NCBI RefSeq assembly: GCF_002998925.1
Contig: NZ_CP027228.1
Coordinates: 50,717 to 82,716, forward strand
Source: Mogibacterium diversum
GTDB taxonomy: Bacteria > Bacillota > Clostridia > Peptostreptococcales > Anaerovoracaceae
Direction: 5' to 3'
Length of the DNA stretch: 32,000 nt
The translations under genes and the position numbers were made by a program. The notes under the pieces are model-generated. The model did no database searches and was not told where the DNA came from. It saw nothing but the letters and a program-made list of their open reading frames with translations. Shown piece by piece: positions 8,423 to 17,792 of the stretch; within the stretch, counting starts at the first letter, position 1; each line of letters starts with the position of its first letter.

Positions 8423-8896
8423 TTGTTCAATATCGGAGATAGTATTGCGTATCCAATGCACGGGGCGGGAGTTGTTACTGAAATCGAAGAAAAAGAAGTT
8501 CTCGGTGAGATTTGCCGCTATTATCATGTAAGCCTCCCGTACAGCAAGATGCATGTGATGGTTCCTGTCGATAATTCGGACAAGGTGGGGGTTAGAGCCA
8601 TCATTTGCAAGGAAGATATCCAAGGAGTGCTTAATGTCCTTGGTGATGAGTCCGATAAGATGTCTAATAACTGGAATAGAAGGTATAGAGAGAATACCGA
8701 GAAGCTTCGCACTGGGGATATCTATGAAGTCGCCGGTGTGGTGAGAAACCTCGTTCGTAGCGATAGGATCAAGAAGCTTTCGACTGGGGAGAAGAAACTC
8801 CTCGGCAATGCTAAGCAAATCCTCGAGAGTGAATTAGTACTTGCAGGAGGGCTTTCTCTCGACGAGGCTGATAGCCTAGTAGAATCAAATATTTAG
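8423..8896 (+). CDS. carD: CarD/CdnL-family RNA-polymerase-binding transcription factor
   Basis: The N-terminus FNIGDSIAYPMHGAGVVTEIEEKEVLGE...YYHV is typical of the CarD_CdnL_TRCF domain. TTG start with GAGGAGG 5 nt upstream. Synteny with ispD/ispF and cysS matches other Gram-positives. Confidence 0.85.
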   Translation: MFNIGDSIAYPMHGAGVVTEIEEKEVLGEICRYYHVSLPYSKMHVMVPVDNSDKVGVRAIICKEDIQGVLNVLGDESDKMSNNWNRRYRENTEKLRTGDIYEVAGVVRNLVRSDRIKKLSTGEKKLLGNAKQILESELVLAGGLSLDEADSLVESNI

Positions 8897-8988
8897 CCAT
8901 AAGGGTGCTTGTTGCGTCAAGCCTTGACCGCAAGTGCCCATTATTATAAAAGCGATTGTTTAATTTTTGGCAGAAAGGAGGAGATAGA

Positions 8989-10077
8989 GTGATTAAGAAA
9001 CTATATGCTGTGCTGCTGTTTATTATCGGCGGCATAATTGGAAGCCTTTTGTTTTGCGCTCTGCAAATGAAGCTCAAAGATATAAGCTTCAACGAAGTAG
9101 TTGTCACGAGTGTCGCTGATTTTAGCATTTTGGTGCTTTTCGTAATCATTTTCGGACTTATTTTTAGAATTTTTGCACCGGCACTCATTAATAAACAGAA
9201 AAAAGCGGCGTCGTATATTGAGCATGATCTTAAGGATGTATCTATAGATGCAATTCTCATAGATGCCATTGGAGTTGTTATAGGTCTAGTTGTTGCATTA
9301 ATAATTTCCATGAGCTATAGATCACTTCTACCACCACTTTGGTATTCAGTGATTACTATTACGCTATACTTTGTGTTTGGCTTCTTCGGTTTCGTTGTTG
9401 CATCAGCTAAAGTCAAGGGGCATCGAAAAATTCTTGACAGCCGTGCACTTCGGAGCCATGAAAAAATCAATTCTGGTACACCTAAAGTTATTGATACGAG
9501 CGTAATAATCGACGGAAGAATCCTTGATATCATGAGAGCAGGGTTCATCGATGGTAAAATTATCATTCCGACGTTCGTGCTCGATGAACTCCGCCATATT
9601 GCAGATTCTAGCGATAATATCAAGCGCGTCCGCGGAAGACGAGGGCTAGACATCCTAAATCAGATCAGAAGTGAGTTTAACGTAGAAGTTTATAATAATA
9701 CCGCCAAGCTCAGACATCTCGATGGTGTTACTGAGGTAGATGTAAAACTGATTAAGCTGGCACGCGAACTCAACGCGAATCTGATTACTACAGATTTCAA
9801 CCTCAACAAAGTAGCGACTATTAACGATATCAAGGTGCTTAATATCAATGAGCTGGCAAATGCGATTAAACCTGTAGTTATTCCCGGTGAGAAGTTACTC
9901 GTTGACATTGTTAAGCATGGTAAAGATCGAGAGCAGGGCATTGGCTATCTGGATGACGGCACGATGATTGTAGTTGAGGATGGAGCTGGTCATATATCTG
10001 AAAGTGCATTCGTGACAGTAACGAGTGTGATACAGACATCTGCAGGCAAAATGATATTTGCACGCATCAATCCATAA
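8989..10077 (+). CDS. yacL: Membrane-anchored PIN/TRAM-domain protein (YacL-like)
   Basis: GTG start at 8989 with AGGAGG at 8976-8981; the track start at 8956 has no Shine-Dalgarno sequence. N-terminal TM helices, a PIN domain (KVIDTSVIIDGRI...VLDELRHIADS) and a C-terminal TRAM-like segment. The position before ispD matches B. subtilis. Confidence 0.85.
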   Translation: MIKKLYAVLLFIIGGIIGSLLFCALQMKLKDISFNEVVVTSVADFSILVLFVIIFGLIFRIFAPALINKQKKAASYIEHDLKDVSIDAILIDAIGVVIGLVVALIISMSYRSLLPPLWYSVITITLYFVFGFFGFVVASAKVKGHRKILDSRALRSHEKINSGTPKVIDTSVIIDGRILDIMRAGFIDGKIIIPTFVLDELRHIADSSDNIKRVRGRRGLDILNQIRSEFNVEVYNNTAKLRHLDGVTEVDVKLIKLARELNANLITTDFNLNKVATINDIKVLNINELANAIKPVVIPGEKLLVDIVKHGKDREQGIGYLDDGTMIVVEDGAGHISESAFVTVTSVIQTSAGKMIFARINP

Positions 10078-10151
10078 TGCAATAATAGAATTGACTCGCC
10101 TAAAAGAGTCATAGGCGCAAAGGTGCAAATCCTTTGTAGACTAGATAAAGG

Positions 10152-11444
10152 ATGGATATAACGATTAAAATAAATAACTATAAGAGTGCAACGGCTAGCA
10201 AGGCTAGAAGCCCTCACATTGCTCTTGTCGCCGCAGCAGGTAAGGGTACACGCATGGGTGCGGAGATTCCCAAGCAGCTTATGAGCTACAAAGGGATGAC
10301 AGTGGTTGAGCGAACGGCGTCCGTCTTTGCGGCACACGAGGAGATAGATGCGGTATTTCTCCTCATACCACAAGATAAGGAATACGATGAGACATTCTTT
10401 CAAATAGCGGATAGGCTAGAATGCTTGTACGGCAAGCCTATCCGCTGTTCGTATGGTGGAAGTTCCCGAGGAGAGTCAGTTTTCCATGGGCTCGAAGCTA
10501 TTTCGGATTACTTATCTAAGAACTGTGAAATTGATAATAGCGACTCCATAGAGGCCTGCGAAGCGGTGATATTGATTCATGATGCAGCTAGGGCAGAGAT
10601 AACTGAAGAGATTATCGATAGAAATATCGCAGCTATGAGAGATAATGAGGCTACATGCACTGTGGTTCCGATGATTGATTCGCTCAGGATGACAGAAAAA
10701 TCAGCAAGTGAATTTTTTGACGACTTGTCATCACATAATGATTATCTTATAATTAATAGTAAATCTATTGATAGAGATAGGGTAGTCGCTGTGCAGACGC
10801 CACAGTGCTTTAAACTAAGCAGCTTGATGGCTGCTTACGACAAGGCGAGGCGTGATGGATATGTCGGTACAGATGATGCCTCTATCGCGGAGCATTTTGG
10901 GATAGACATAGCTCTAGTTGAAGGAGATTATGCCAACACCAAGATAACTACCGGAAAGGACATCCCTATGGGAATACGAGTAGGTACAGGATATGATGTT
11001 CATAGACTCGCCGAAGGGCACAGACTTATACTGTGCGGGGTCCCACTCCCGAGTGACAGAGGGCTGGTCGGACATTCGGACGCTGATGTGGCAACACATG
11101 CGCTGATGGACGCGCTGCTCGGAGCAGCATGCTTAGGCGATATAGGAAAGCATTTTCCTGATACAGATGATAGATATAAGGGTGCGGATAGCATCGCGCT
11201 TCTCCGCGAAGTGAAGGAGAAAATCGGCGACGTAAGTATCGGCAATGTCGACATCACGATAATAGCTGAGAGACCTAAACTGGCACCCTATATAGATAAG
11301 ATGAGAGAGAACATAGCCATGGCACTTGAGATGCCAATTGGCGCGGTAAACGTGAAAGCGACTACGACAGAGAAGCTTGGATTTACCGGAAGAGAAGAAG
11401 GCATTGCAGCGCAAGCTGTTTGCACAATAGAAGGGAGATTTTAA
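10152..11444 (+). CDS. ispDF: Bifunctional IspD/IspF (MEP cytidylyltransferase fused to MEcPP synthase)
   Basis: IspD motif [11 protein letters not shown] near the N-terminus. IspF core from [12 protein letters not shown] through GHSDADV to the C-terminus. One uninterrupted 430-aa frame. Confidence 0.88.
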   Translation: MDITIKINNYKSATASKARSPHIALVAAAGKGTRMGAEIPKQLMSYKGMTVVERTASVFAAHEEIDAVFLLIPQDKEYDETFFQIADRLECLYGKPIRCSYGGSSRGESVFHGLEAISDYLSKNCEIDNSDSIEACEAVILIHDAARAEITEEIIDRNIAAMRDNEATCTVVPMIDSLRMTEKSASEFFDDLSSHNDYLIINSKSIDRDRVVAVQTPQCFKLSSLMAAYDKARRDGYVGTDDASIAEHFGIDIALVEGDYANTKITTGKDIPMGIRVGTGYDVHRLAEGHRLILCGVPLPSDRGLVGHSDADVATHALMDALLGAACLGDIGKHFPDTDDRYKGADSIALLREVKEKIGDVSIGNVDITIIAERPKLAPYIDKMRENIAMALEMPIGAVNVKATTTEKLGFTGREEGIAAQAVCTIEGRF

Positions 11445-11446
11445 CT

Positions 11447-13183
11447 ATGAAATTATCGAGGCTCCATCTCAAGACGTTGAGAGAAGCACCAAATGAAGCA
11501 GAACTAGTCAGCCACAAGCTGATGATTAGAGCTAACCTGATTAAGAAGGAAGCTGCTGGTATATATACATTCATGCCATTTGGCTGGAGGACAATAAGAA
11601 AGATAGAGGAGATAGTAAGACAGGAGCAGGATAGAATCGGCTGCCAAGAGCTTCACATGCCTCACGTAAATCCATCCGAGCTATGGAAGGAGTCCGGCAG
11701 ATGGTACGCTTACGGACCAGAGCTATGGAGAATCAAGGACAGAAATGGTAGAGATTTCTGCCTCGTTCCTACATGTGAGGAACTATGTACGAACATTGTA
11801 AAGCAGGAGGTTTCTTCATACAGAGAGCTTCCTCTTCAGCTATACCACATCCAGTTCAAGTATCGTGACGAAGCTCGTCCAAGATATGGACTTATGAGAT
11901 CGCGTGAGTTCATCATGAAGGACGCGTATTCATTTGACAGAACTCCAGAAGACCTAGAAGAGGCTTATAGACTTCAGTACGAGGCATACGTAAGAACATT
12001 TACAAGATGCGGCCTAGACTTCAGAATCGTAGAAGCTGACAACGGCCCAATCGGTGGAAGCAACTCGCACGAATTCTCTGCTCTTTCTAACGTTGGTGAG
12101 AGCGAAATCGCATACTGCGAGAAGTGCGACATGGCGGCTACTATCGAGAGAGCTGAGTGCATCGATGATAAGCCAGTAGATGAGCCAGAGCAAGAACTAG
12201 AGGCGGTTTATACACCAGGTACTAAGACTATCAAGGATGTATGTGACTATCTAGGGGTGGATGAAAAGAAAACTATCAAGGCTCTCATGTTTACTACCTT
12301 TGATCAGGATTTAAATCCAGCTGACTACGTTTGCGTGTTTATCAGAGGAGATAGAGACGTTAATATGATTAAGCTTGTAAATGCTCTTGGAATCCCTGAA
12401 CACTACATCGAGTTTGCGGATGAGGATGAGATGGGACCTGTTACAGGCATCGTTGGTGGATTTACTGGACCGGTTGGAATTCACAACTGCAAGATCGTTG
12501 TCGATAGCGAGCTAGTTGGAACCAAGAACATGGTTGCTGGAGCTAACAAGGAAGATCACCATATGAAGGGCGTTTGCTACGGCAGAGACTATGTTGGAGA
12601 CATCGTAACGGATATCAAGACGCTCAAGGAAGGCGATCCATGCCCACACTGTGGAGCTCCAATCAAGCATACAAGAGGCATTGAGGTTGGACAGATCTTC
12701 AAGCTAGGAACTAAGTACTCAGAGTCGATGAATGCAACGTATAAGGATGAGAACGGCGAAGACCAGATCTACTGGATGGGATGCTACGGAGTTGGCGTTA
12801 CAAGAACTATGCAGGCCATCGTTGAGCAGAGTCACGATGATAAGGGTATCATCTGGCCAATGTCAGTTGCTCCTTACCACGTAATCGTAACTGTTATCAA
12901 CCCTAAGGATGAGCTTCAGATGGATCTTGCTAATAAGATTGAGTCTGAACTTGAAGCTAAGCGCGTTGAAGTTATAGTAGATGACAGGGATGAGAGAGCT
13001 GGTGTTAAGTTCAACGATGCTGACCTAATCGGTATTCCTGTTAGAATCACAGTTGGAAAGCTCGCTAAGGACGGCAACGTTGAGTACAAGCTAAGACGCG
13101 AAGAGAGTAACGAGGTTCTTTCTGCAGAGGATGCAATCAAGGCAGCAGCAGAACTCGTTGACAAGGAAATCTTCGGACTATAA
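11447..13183 (+). CDS. proS: Prolyl-tRNA synthetase (bacterial type with insertion/editing domain)
   Basis: ATG at 11447 begins MKLSRLHLKTLREAP, 2 nt after the ispDF stop, with AAGGGAG upstream. Class II aaRS motifs and a length of about 578 aa fit a bacterial ProS with an INS domain. Confidence 0.93.
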   Translation: MKLSRLHLKTLREAPNEAELVSHKLMIRANLIKKEAAGIYTFMPFGWRTIRKIEEIVRQEQDRIGCQELHMPHVNPSELWKESGRWYAYGPELWRIKDRNGRDFCLVPTCEELCTNIVKQEVSSYRELPLQLYHIQFKYRDEARPRYGLMRSREFIMKDAYSFDRTPEDLEEAYRLQYEAYVRTFTRCGLDFRIVEADNGPIGGSNSHEFSALSNVGESEIAYCEKCDMAATIERAECIDDKPVDEPEQELEAVYTPGTKTIKDVCDYLGVDEKKTIKALMFTTFDQDLNPADYVCVFIRGDRDVNMIKLVNALGIPEHYIEFADEDEMGPVTGIVGGFTGPVGIHNCKIVVDSELVGTKNMVAGANKEDHHMKGVCYGRDYVGDIVTDIKTLKEGDPCPHCGAPIKHTRGIEVGQIFKLGTKYSESMNATYKDENGEDQIYWMGCYGVGVTRTMQAIVEQSHDDKGIIWPMSVAPYHVIVTVINPKDELQMDLANKIESELEAKRVEVIVDDRDERAGVKFNDADLIGIPVRITVGKLAKDGNVEYKLRREESNEVLSAEDAIKAAAELVDKEIFGL

Positions 13184-13242
13184 TACCGAAGGTACAATAT
13201 TAATCACAAGGTGATTTACAGTCCTGAGAATTAGGAGGAAAA

Positions 13243-13905
13243 ATGCTGGAACTATTCGTCACATTTTTCAAACTGGGATTGTTCACAATCGGGGGTGGGG
13301 TCGCTATGATTCCCATCCTCTCTAATATTATGGTCAAAGATAAGAAATGGTTCACCGAAGATGAGATGATAGATATCATCGCTATCTGTCAGGGGTTGCC
13401 AGGTGTTATCGCCATCAATATGGCAACTTATGTGGGATTCAAGAAGCGAGGACTAATTGGATCCTTTGTTGCAACATTCGGTGTGATACTTCCCTCGTTT
13501 GTGATAATCGTTATTATAGCAAAAGGTATGAATTTTATAGACGGCAATCCATACGTCCAAGGAGCACTAGGAGGCCTTAGGGCTGCAGCGCTTGGGCTTA
13601 TTATTATTGCTGTATATCAGGTTGCCAAGGGTGTTATCAAGGATGCTTTCAGTGCTATCGGTGCCGCACTCAGTTTTATACTTATTGCAGTTCTCAAGAT
13701 AAATGTGGTGTATATTATCGTGCTATTCCTGGCTCTCGGCATCGGACGTGCTTTACTAACGAAGTCATCGATAGACACTAGGGATTGCGGGGAATCTTTA
13801 TCAGATGCAGACGTAAGAGCCTATCAATCATCTCTAAATCAGAGGGATGAACAACCAGATGCAATTGGAGAAGATGAAAAAACCAAAGAAGGGGGCGATG
13901 AGTGA
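13243..13905 (+). CDS. Chromate-ion-transporter (CHR) family half-protein with an acidic C-terminal tail
   Basis: FTIGGGVAMIPIL and LPGVIAINMATYVG motifs typical of short-chain ChrA. AGGAGG Shine-Dalgarno sequence. A polar/acidic tail of about 45 aa. Confidence 0.8.
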   Translation: MLELFVTFFKLGLFTIGGGVAMIPILSNIMVKDKKWFTEDEMIDIIAICQGLPGVIAINMATYVGFKKRGLIGSFVATFGVILPSFVIIVIIAKGMNFIDGNPYVQGALGGLRAAALGLIIIAVYQVAKGVIKDAFSAIGAALSFILIAVLKINVVYIIVLFLALGIGRALLTKSSIDTRDCGESLSDADVRAYQSSLNQRDEQPDAIGEDEKTKEGGDE

Positions 13906-14495
13906 TGCTACTAGCGAAGTTATTTCTTGCCTTCTTTAAGATAGGTCTATTTGGATTTGGCGGCGGACTTGCGATTATCCAGCTCATCTACGACAGCATC
14001 AAAGAGTTTGCGAATATATCTCCTGAGCAGTTTGCAAATATCGTTGCGATTGCCCAAGTTACTCCAGGACCGGTGGCGGTAAATTCAGCTACGTATGTTG
14101 GATACGAAGTCGGAGGATATCTCGGTTCAGCGCTAGCGACGTTAGGTGTTGCAACTCCTGCGTTTATAATTATAGCTATGGTTGCAAATGCAGTGGAACG
14201 CTACAAGGAGAGCGCTGCTGTCAAGGGTGCACTTGAAGGCATTAGACCAGCAACTGTAGGACTTATAGCAGCAGCGGTAATCACTATCGGTGAGGCGGCA
14301 GTAATGCCAGAACATTCTCTTGGAGGCAACTTCTCGGTACTTCGAGACATGACGATTTCCGCAGGGGGCATGCACATAGATGTGATATCGATAGTTCTTT
14401 GTGGACTGACTATACTGTTAATTCAAAAATTTAAGATAAATCCGATGCTCGTACTTGTCATTATTGCGTGCGTAGGCGCTGTCGTTGGTGTATAA
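13902..14495 (+). CDS. Chromate-ion-transporter (CHR) family half-protein, second partner
   Basis: FGFGGGLAIIQL and TPGPVAVNSATYVG motifs. The start (GTG 13902 or ATG 13905) overlaps the upstream TGA stop, suggesting translational coupling. Confidence 0.8.
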   Translation: MMLLAKLFLAFFKIGLFGFGGGLAIIQLIYDSIKEFANISPEQFANIVAIAQVTPGPVAVNSATYVGYEVGGYLGSALATLGVATPAFIIIAMVANAVERYKESAAVKGALEGIRPATVGLIAAAVITIGEAAVMPEHSLGGNFSVLRDMTISAGGMHIDVISIVLCGLTILLIQKFKINPMLVLVIIACVGAVVGV

Positions 14496-14562
14496 TCAAG
14501 ACAACTATACCCAGATGGGAAATGACGAAATAAGTCGATACATGATTTAGTGGAGGAAAGAA

Positions 14563-15966
14563 ATGAAGATTTACAACTCTATGACTAGACGCAAGGAAGA
14601 GTTTGTACCTATCCATGAAGGAAAAGTCAATATCTACGTTTGTGGGCCTACGGTTTACAACTATTTTCATATAGGTAATGCCAGACCGTTCGTAGTGTTC
14701 GACACTCTGCGTAGGTTTTTTAAATATATCGGATATGACGTTAAGTTCGTGCAGAACTTTACAGACGTTGATGACAAAATTATCAACAAGGCAAAGGAAG
14801 AGAATTTACCGGCACTTGAGGTATCGGAGAAGTACATCAAAGAGTATTTCAAAGATGCGGAAGCTCTCAATGTAATAAAGGCTGACGTGCACCCTAAGGT
14901 TTCCGAGCATATCGAGGATATCATCGAGTTCATCAGTACGCTAATTGAGAAAGGTTATGCGTATGAGGCTGATGGCGACGTTTATTACATCACGCGCAAG
15001 TTCCCAGAGTATGGGAAGCTATCGGGACAGAATATCGACGACCTAGAGTCGGGTGCTAGAATTGCTATCGGGGAGGTTAAGAAGGATCCCCTTGATTTTG
15101 CTCTTTGGAAAGCACAGAAGACCGATGATGAGATTGCCTGGGATTCTCCTTGGGGAAAGGGGAGACCAGGCTGGCATATCGAGTGTTCTACTATGTCTAA
15201 GAAGCATCTTGGCACAACTATAGATATTCACGGAGGCGGACAGGATCTCAAGTTCCCTCACCATGAAAATGAAATCGCTCAGTCCGAAGCGTGCAACTGC
15301 GCACCTTTTGCGAACTACTGGATGCACAACGGATACATCATGGTTGACGGCGAGAAGATGTCTAAGTCGCTAAATAACTTCTTTACAGTTAGAGATATTC
15401 GTAAGGAGTACGATGGTGACTTTATCAGATTCTTCTTACTTAGCGTTCAGTACAGAGGACCTATCAACTTTAGCGACGAAGGTATGAAGCAGGTTAAGCA
15501 GGGATATGATAGGCTTATAAACGCTACCGAAACTTTGGAGTTCCTCGTTCAGAATGGCTCTGATAAGATAACAGAGAAGGAAGAGGAGACGGTTAAGTCG
15601 TTTAGAGACTATAAGGAAAAATTCATAGAGTGCATGAGTGATGACCTTAATACTGCAGGTGCTATAGGTGCCCTCTTCGAGCTAGTTTCGGCTATTAACG
15701 TGGAGATTGAAGGGGGAGCATCAAAGGAATTTGCGGGAAAGGCTCTCGAGATTATCCATGAACTCGCTGACGTCCTTGGTGTGCTTCAGAGAAGTAGTGA
15801 AAATGCGGTAGGCGAGGATATTCAGGCCCTCGTAGATGAGAGACAACAGGCTCGTAAGGAGAAAAACTGGGCTAGAGCTGACGAAATCAGGGATCAGCTT
15901 GCCACTATGGGGTATACTCTCAAGGATACTCCGCAGGGGGTTCAGATAATTAAAGCAGATGCATAA
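14563..15966 (+). CDS. cysS: Cysteinyl-tRNA synthetase
   Basis: HIGH motif (HIGNARP), KMSKS motif, class I aaRS architecture. GGAGG Shine-Dalgarno sequence. Confidence 0.95.
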   Translation: MKIYNSMTRRKEEFVPIHEGKVNIYVCGPTVYNYFHIGNARPFVVFDTLRRFFKYIGYDVKFVQNFTDVDDKIINKAKEENLPALEVSEKYIKEYFKDAEALNVIKADVHPKVSEHIEDIIEFISTLIEKGYAYEADGDVYYITRKFPEYGKLSGQNIDDLESGARIAIGEVKKDPLDFALWKAQKTDDEIAWDSPWGKGRPGWHIECSTMSKKHLGTTIDIHGGGQDLKFPHHENEIAQSEACNCAPFANYWMHNGYIMVDGEKMSKSLNNFFTVRDIRKEYDGDFIRFFLLSVQYRGPINFSDEGMKQVKQGYDRLINATETLEFLVQNGSDKITEKEEETVKSFRDYKEKFIECMSDDLNTAGAIGALFELVSAINVEIEGGASKEFAGKALEIIHELADVLGVLQRSSENAVGEDIQALVDERQQARKEKNWARADEIRDQLATMGYTLKDTPQGVQIIKADA

Positions 15967-16348
15967 CGATATCAAGAGCATGAATACGACGGCACTCGCC
16001 TATATAGGCGATGCTGTCTACGAACTACATATAAGGGAACTTCTGATTGGGCGAAGCAAAGGCGATGTCGGCAAGGTGCATAAGAGAGCGGTATCATACG
16101 TGTCTTCTGATGGACAGGCTAAGGCTATAAAGTCCATGATGAATGATTTTCTAACGGAAGAGGAGCAAAAGCTCGTTAAGCGTGCAAGGAATAAGCGCGC
16201 GACATCGAGACCTAAGAATGCCGATCCACGCAAGTATAAGCTTGCTACGGGATTTGAGGCGCTGATAGGGGCACTTCATTTGGATAAGGATGACGCTAGA
16301 CTTGAAGAGGTTTTGGCGGAGGCTGTCCGAATTATTGAGGAGGATTAG
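15959..16348 (+). CDS. mrnC: Mini-ribonuclease III
   Basis: ALAYIGDAVYELHIRE signature. Small size (129 aa). Conserved position directly after cysS, with an 8-nt overlap. An alternative start at 15980 cannot be excluded. Confidence 0.85.
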   Translation: MHNDIKSMNTTALAYIGDAVYELHIRELLIGRSKGDVGKVHKRAVSYVSSDGQAKAIKSMMNDFLTEEEQKLVKRARNKRATSRPKNADPRKYKLATGFEALIGALHLDKDDARLEEVLAEAVRIIEED

Positions 16349-16349
16349 A

Positions 16350-17180
16350 GTGAGCAAGGCGGATAAACTGTTTGTGAGCATGTGCGAAGACATAATTGCT
16401 AATGGATTCAGCACTGAAGGGCAGAAGGTAAGACCTCACTGGCCAGACGGAACACCTGCGCACACGATTAAGAATTTTGGCGTGGTAAATAGATATGATT
16501 TACAGGAGGAGTTTCCTGCTCTTACCGTAAGACCTACGGCTATCAAGCTCGCGTTTGACGAGCTGCTGTGGATTTGGCAGAAGAAGTCTAACAGAGTTTC
16601 TGACCTAGGAAGCCACATCTGGGATGAGTGGGCAGGTGAGGATGGAACTATTGGCAAGGCGTACGGATATCAGCTCGGAGTTAAGTATAAGTTCAAGCAA
16701 GGCGAGATGGACCAGGTTGATAACATCCTATGGCTACTTGAGCATGATAAATACTCCAGAAGAATCATGGCTAACATGTATAACTTTGCTGATCTAAGCG
16801 AGATGAACTTAGAGCCTTGCGCATATAGTATGACCTTCAACGTAAAAGGTGATACGCTTAATGCGATTCTAAACCAGCGTTCTCAGGATATCTTGACAGC
16901 GAACAACTGGAATGTTGTGCAGTATGCACTGCTTCTTATGATGTTTGCGCAAGTTAGCGGTCTCAAGGCGGGGGAGCTAGTACATGTGATTTCCGATGCT
17001 CATATCTACGATAGGCATGTGGATATAGTTAAGGAGCTCATCGAGCGTCCACAGTATCCTGCGCCTAAGGTGACGCTAAATCCTGAGGTAAAGAATTTCT
17101 ACGACTTCACGGTTGATGATCTAATCGTCGAGGACTACCAGAAGAACCCTCAGGTGAAAAATATTCCAGTAGCGATTTAA
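16350..17180 (+). CDS. thyA: Thymidylate synthase (ThyA)
   Basis: GTG at 16350 lies 1 nt after the mrnC stop, with GAGGAGGA upstream. The N-terminus VSKADKLFVSMCEDIIANG resembles B. subtilis ThyA. Catalytic Cys in LEPCAYS, plus RSQD and DAHIY motifs. Confidence 0.9.
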   Translation: MSKADKLFVSMCEDIIANGFSTEGQKVRPHWPDGTPAHTIKNFGVVNRYDLQEEFPALTVRPTAIKLAFDELLWIWQKKSNRVSDLGSHIWDEWAGEDGTIGKAYGYQLGVKYKFKQGEMDQVDNILWLLEHDKYSRRIMANMYNFADLSEMNLEPCAYSMTFNVKGDTLNAILNQRSQDILTANNWNVVQYALLLMMFAQVSGLKAGELVHVISDAHIYDRHVDIVKELIERPQYPAPKVTLNPEVKNFYDFTVDDLIVEDYQKNPQVKNIPVAI

Positions 17181-17193
17181 TTCGAGATTATAT

Positions 17194-17226
17194 AGACGGT
17201 GCCTTTAGTTTACTGAGGTGCCGTCT
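17194..17226 (+). other. Stem-loop in the thyA-folA spacer (10-bp stem with two G-U pairs, weak U-tract)
   Basis: agacggtgcc (17194-17203) pairs with ggtgccgtct (17217-17226). A second small palindrome, gtgcat-a-atgcac, follows downstream. Confidence 0.35.
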
Positions 17227-17297
17227 TAAATATTATTAAAATGATAATGTCAGCATGTGAGTGCATAATGCACGAATATAACAAACTGAGGTGAATT

Positions 17298-17792
17298 ATG
17301 AATCTAATAGTAGCTGTTGATGAGAAATGGGGCATTGGGTGCGACAATGATTTGCTCGCTTCGATTCCTGGAGACATGCAGTATTTCAAGGAAAAGACGA
17401 CTGACGGAGTTGTAGTGATGGGGCGCAGAACCCTCGAGAGCCTACCTAAGCAGAGGGGGCTTCCAAAGCGTATAAATTACGTGCTCACATCGAACTCAGG
17501 GTTCGAGGCCGAAAGATGCATAGCCGTGCATAGCGAGGAGGAGCTGTTCAAGGAGCTCGAGCAGTATGATCCAGAGCATGTGTTTATCATCGGCGGAGAG
17601 AGCATATATAGGAAGTTTTACAAATATTGCGACAAGTGCTTCGTAACTAAGATGCATGCGGATTTGCATGCTGACAAATTCATGGTTAACCTTGATGAGG
17701 ATGACGATTTTAAAGAGACGTGGAAGAGTGAGATGCATAGTGAGAATGGTATAGACTATGAGTTCACTATGTATGAGAAAGTAGAGAAGTAA
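17298..17792 (+). CDS. folA: Dihydrofolate reductase
   Basis: IVAVDEKWGIG, VVMGRRTLESLP and IIGGESIY motifs. 164 aa. GAGGTG Shine-Dalgarno sequence. Confidence 0.92.
   Translation: MNLIVAVDEKWGIGCDNDLLASIPGDMQYFKEKTTDGVVVMGRRTLESLPKQRGLPKRINYVLTSNSGFEAERCIAVHSEEELFKELEQYDPEHVFIIGGESIYRKFYKYCDKCFVTKMHADLHADKFMVNLDEDDDFKETWKSEMHSENGIDYEFTMYEKVEK

Noticed and set aside
8375-9311. Antisense ORFs 8375-8818 (147 aa) and 8811-9311 (166 aa), opposite carD and the PIN/TRAM gene
   Set aside because: They fully overlap well-supported + strand genes. Their translations are low-complexity with no motifs and they lack Shine-Dalgarno sequences. This is typical of shadow ORFs.
11380-14562. T-box leaders upstream of proS and cysS
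   Set aside because: T-boxes often precede aaRS genes in Firmicutes. Here proS starts 2 nt after ispDF, and the cysS upstream gap is only 67 nt. That leaves no room for a T-box of about 200 nt, and I saw no specifier or T-box motif.
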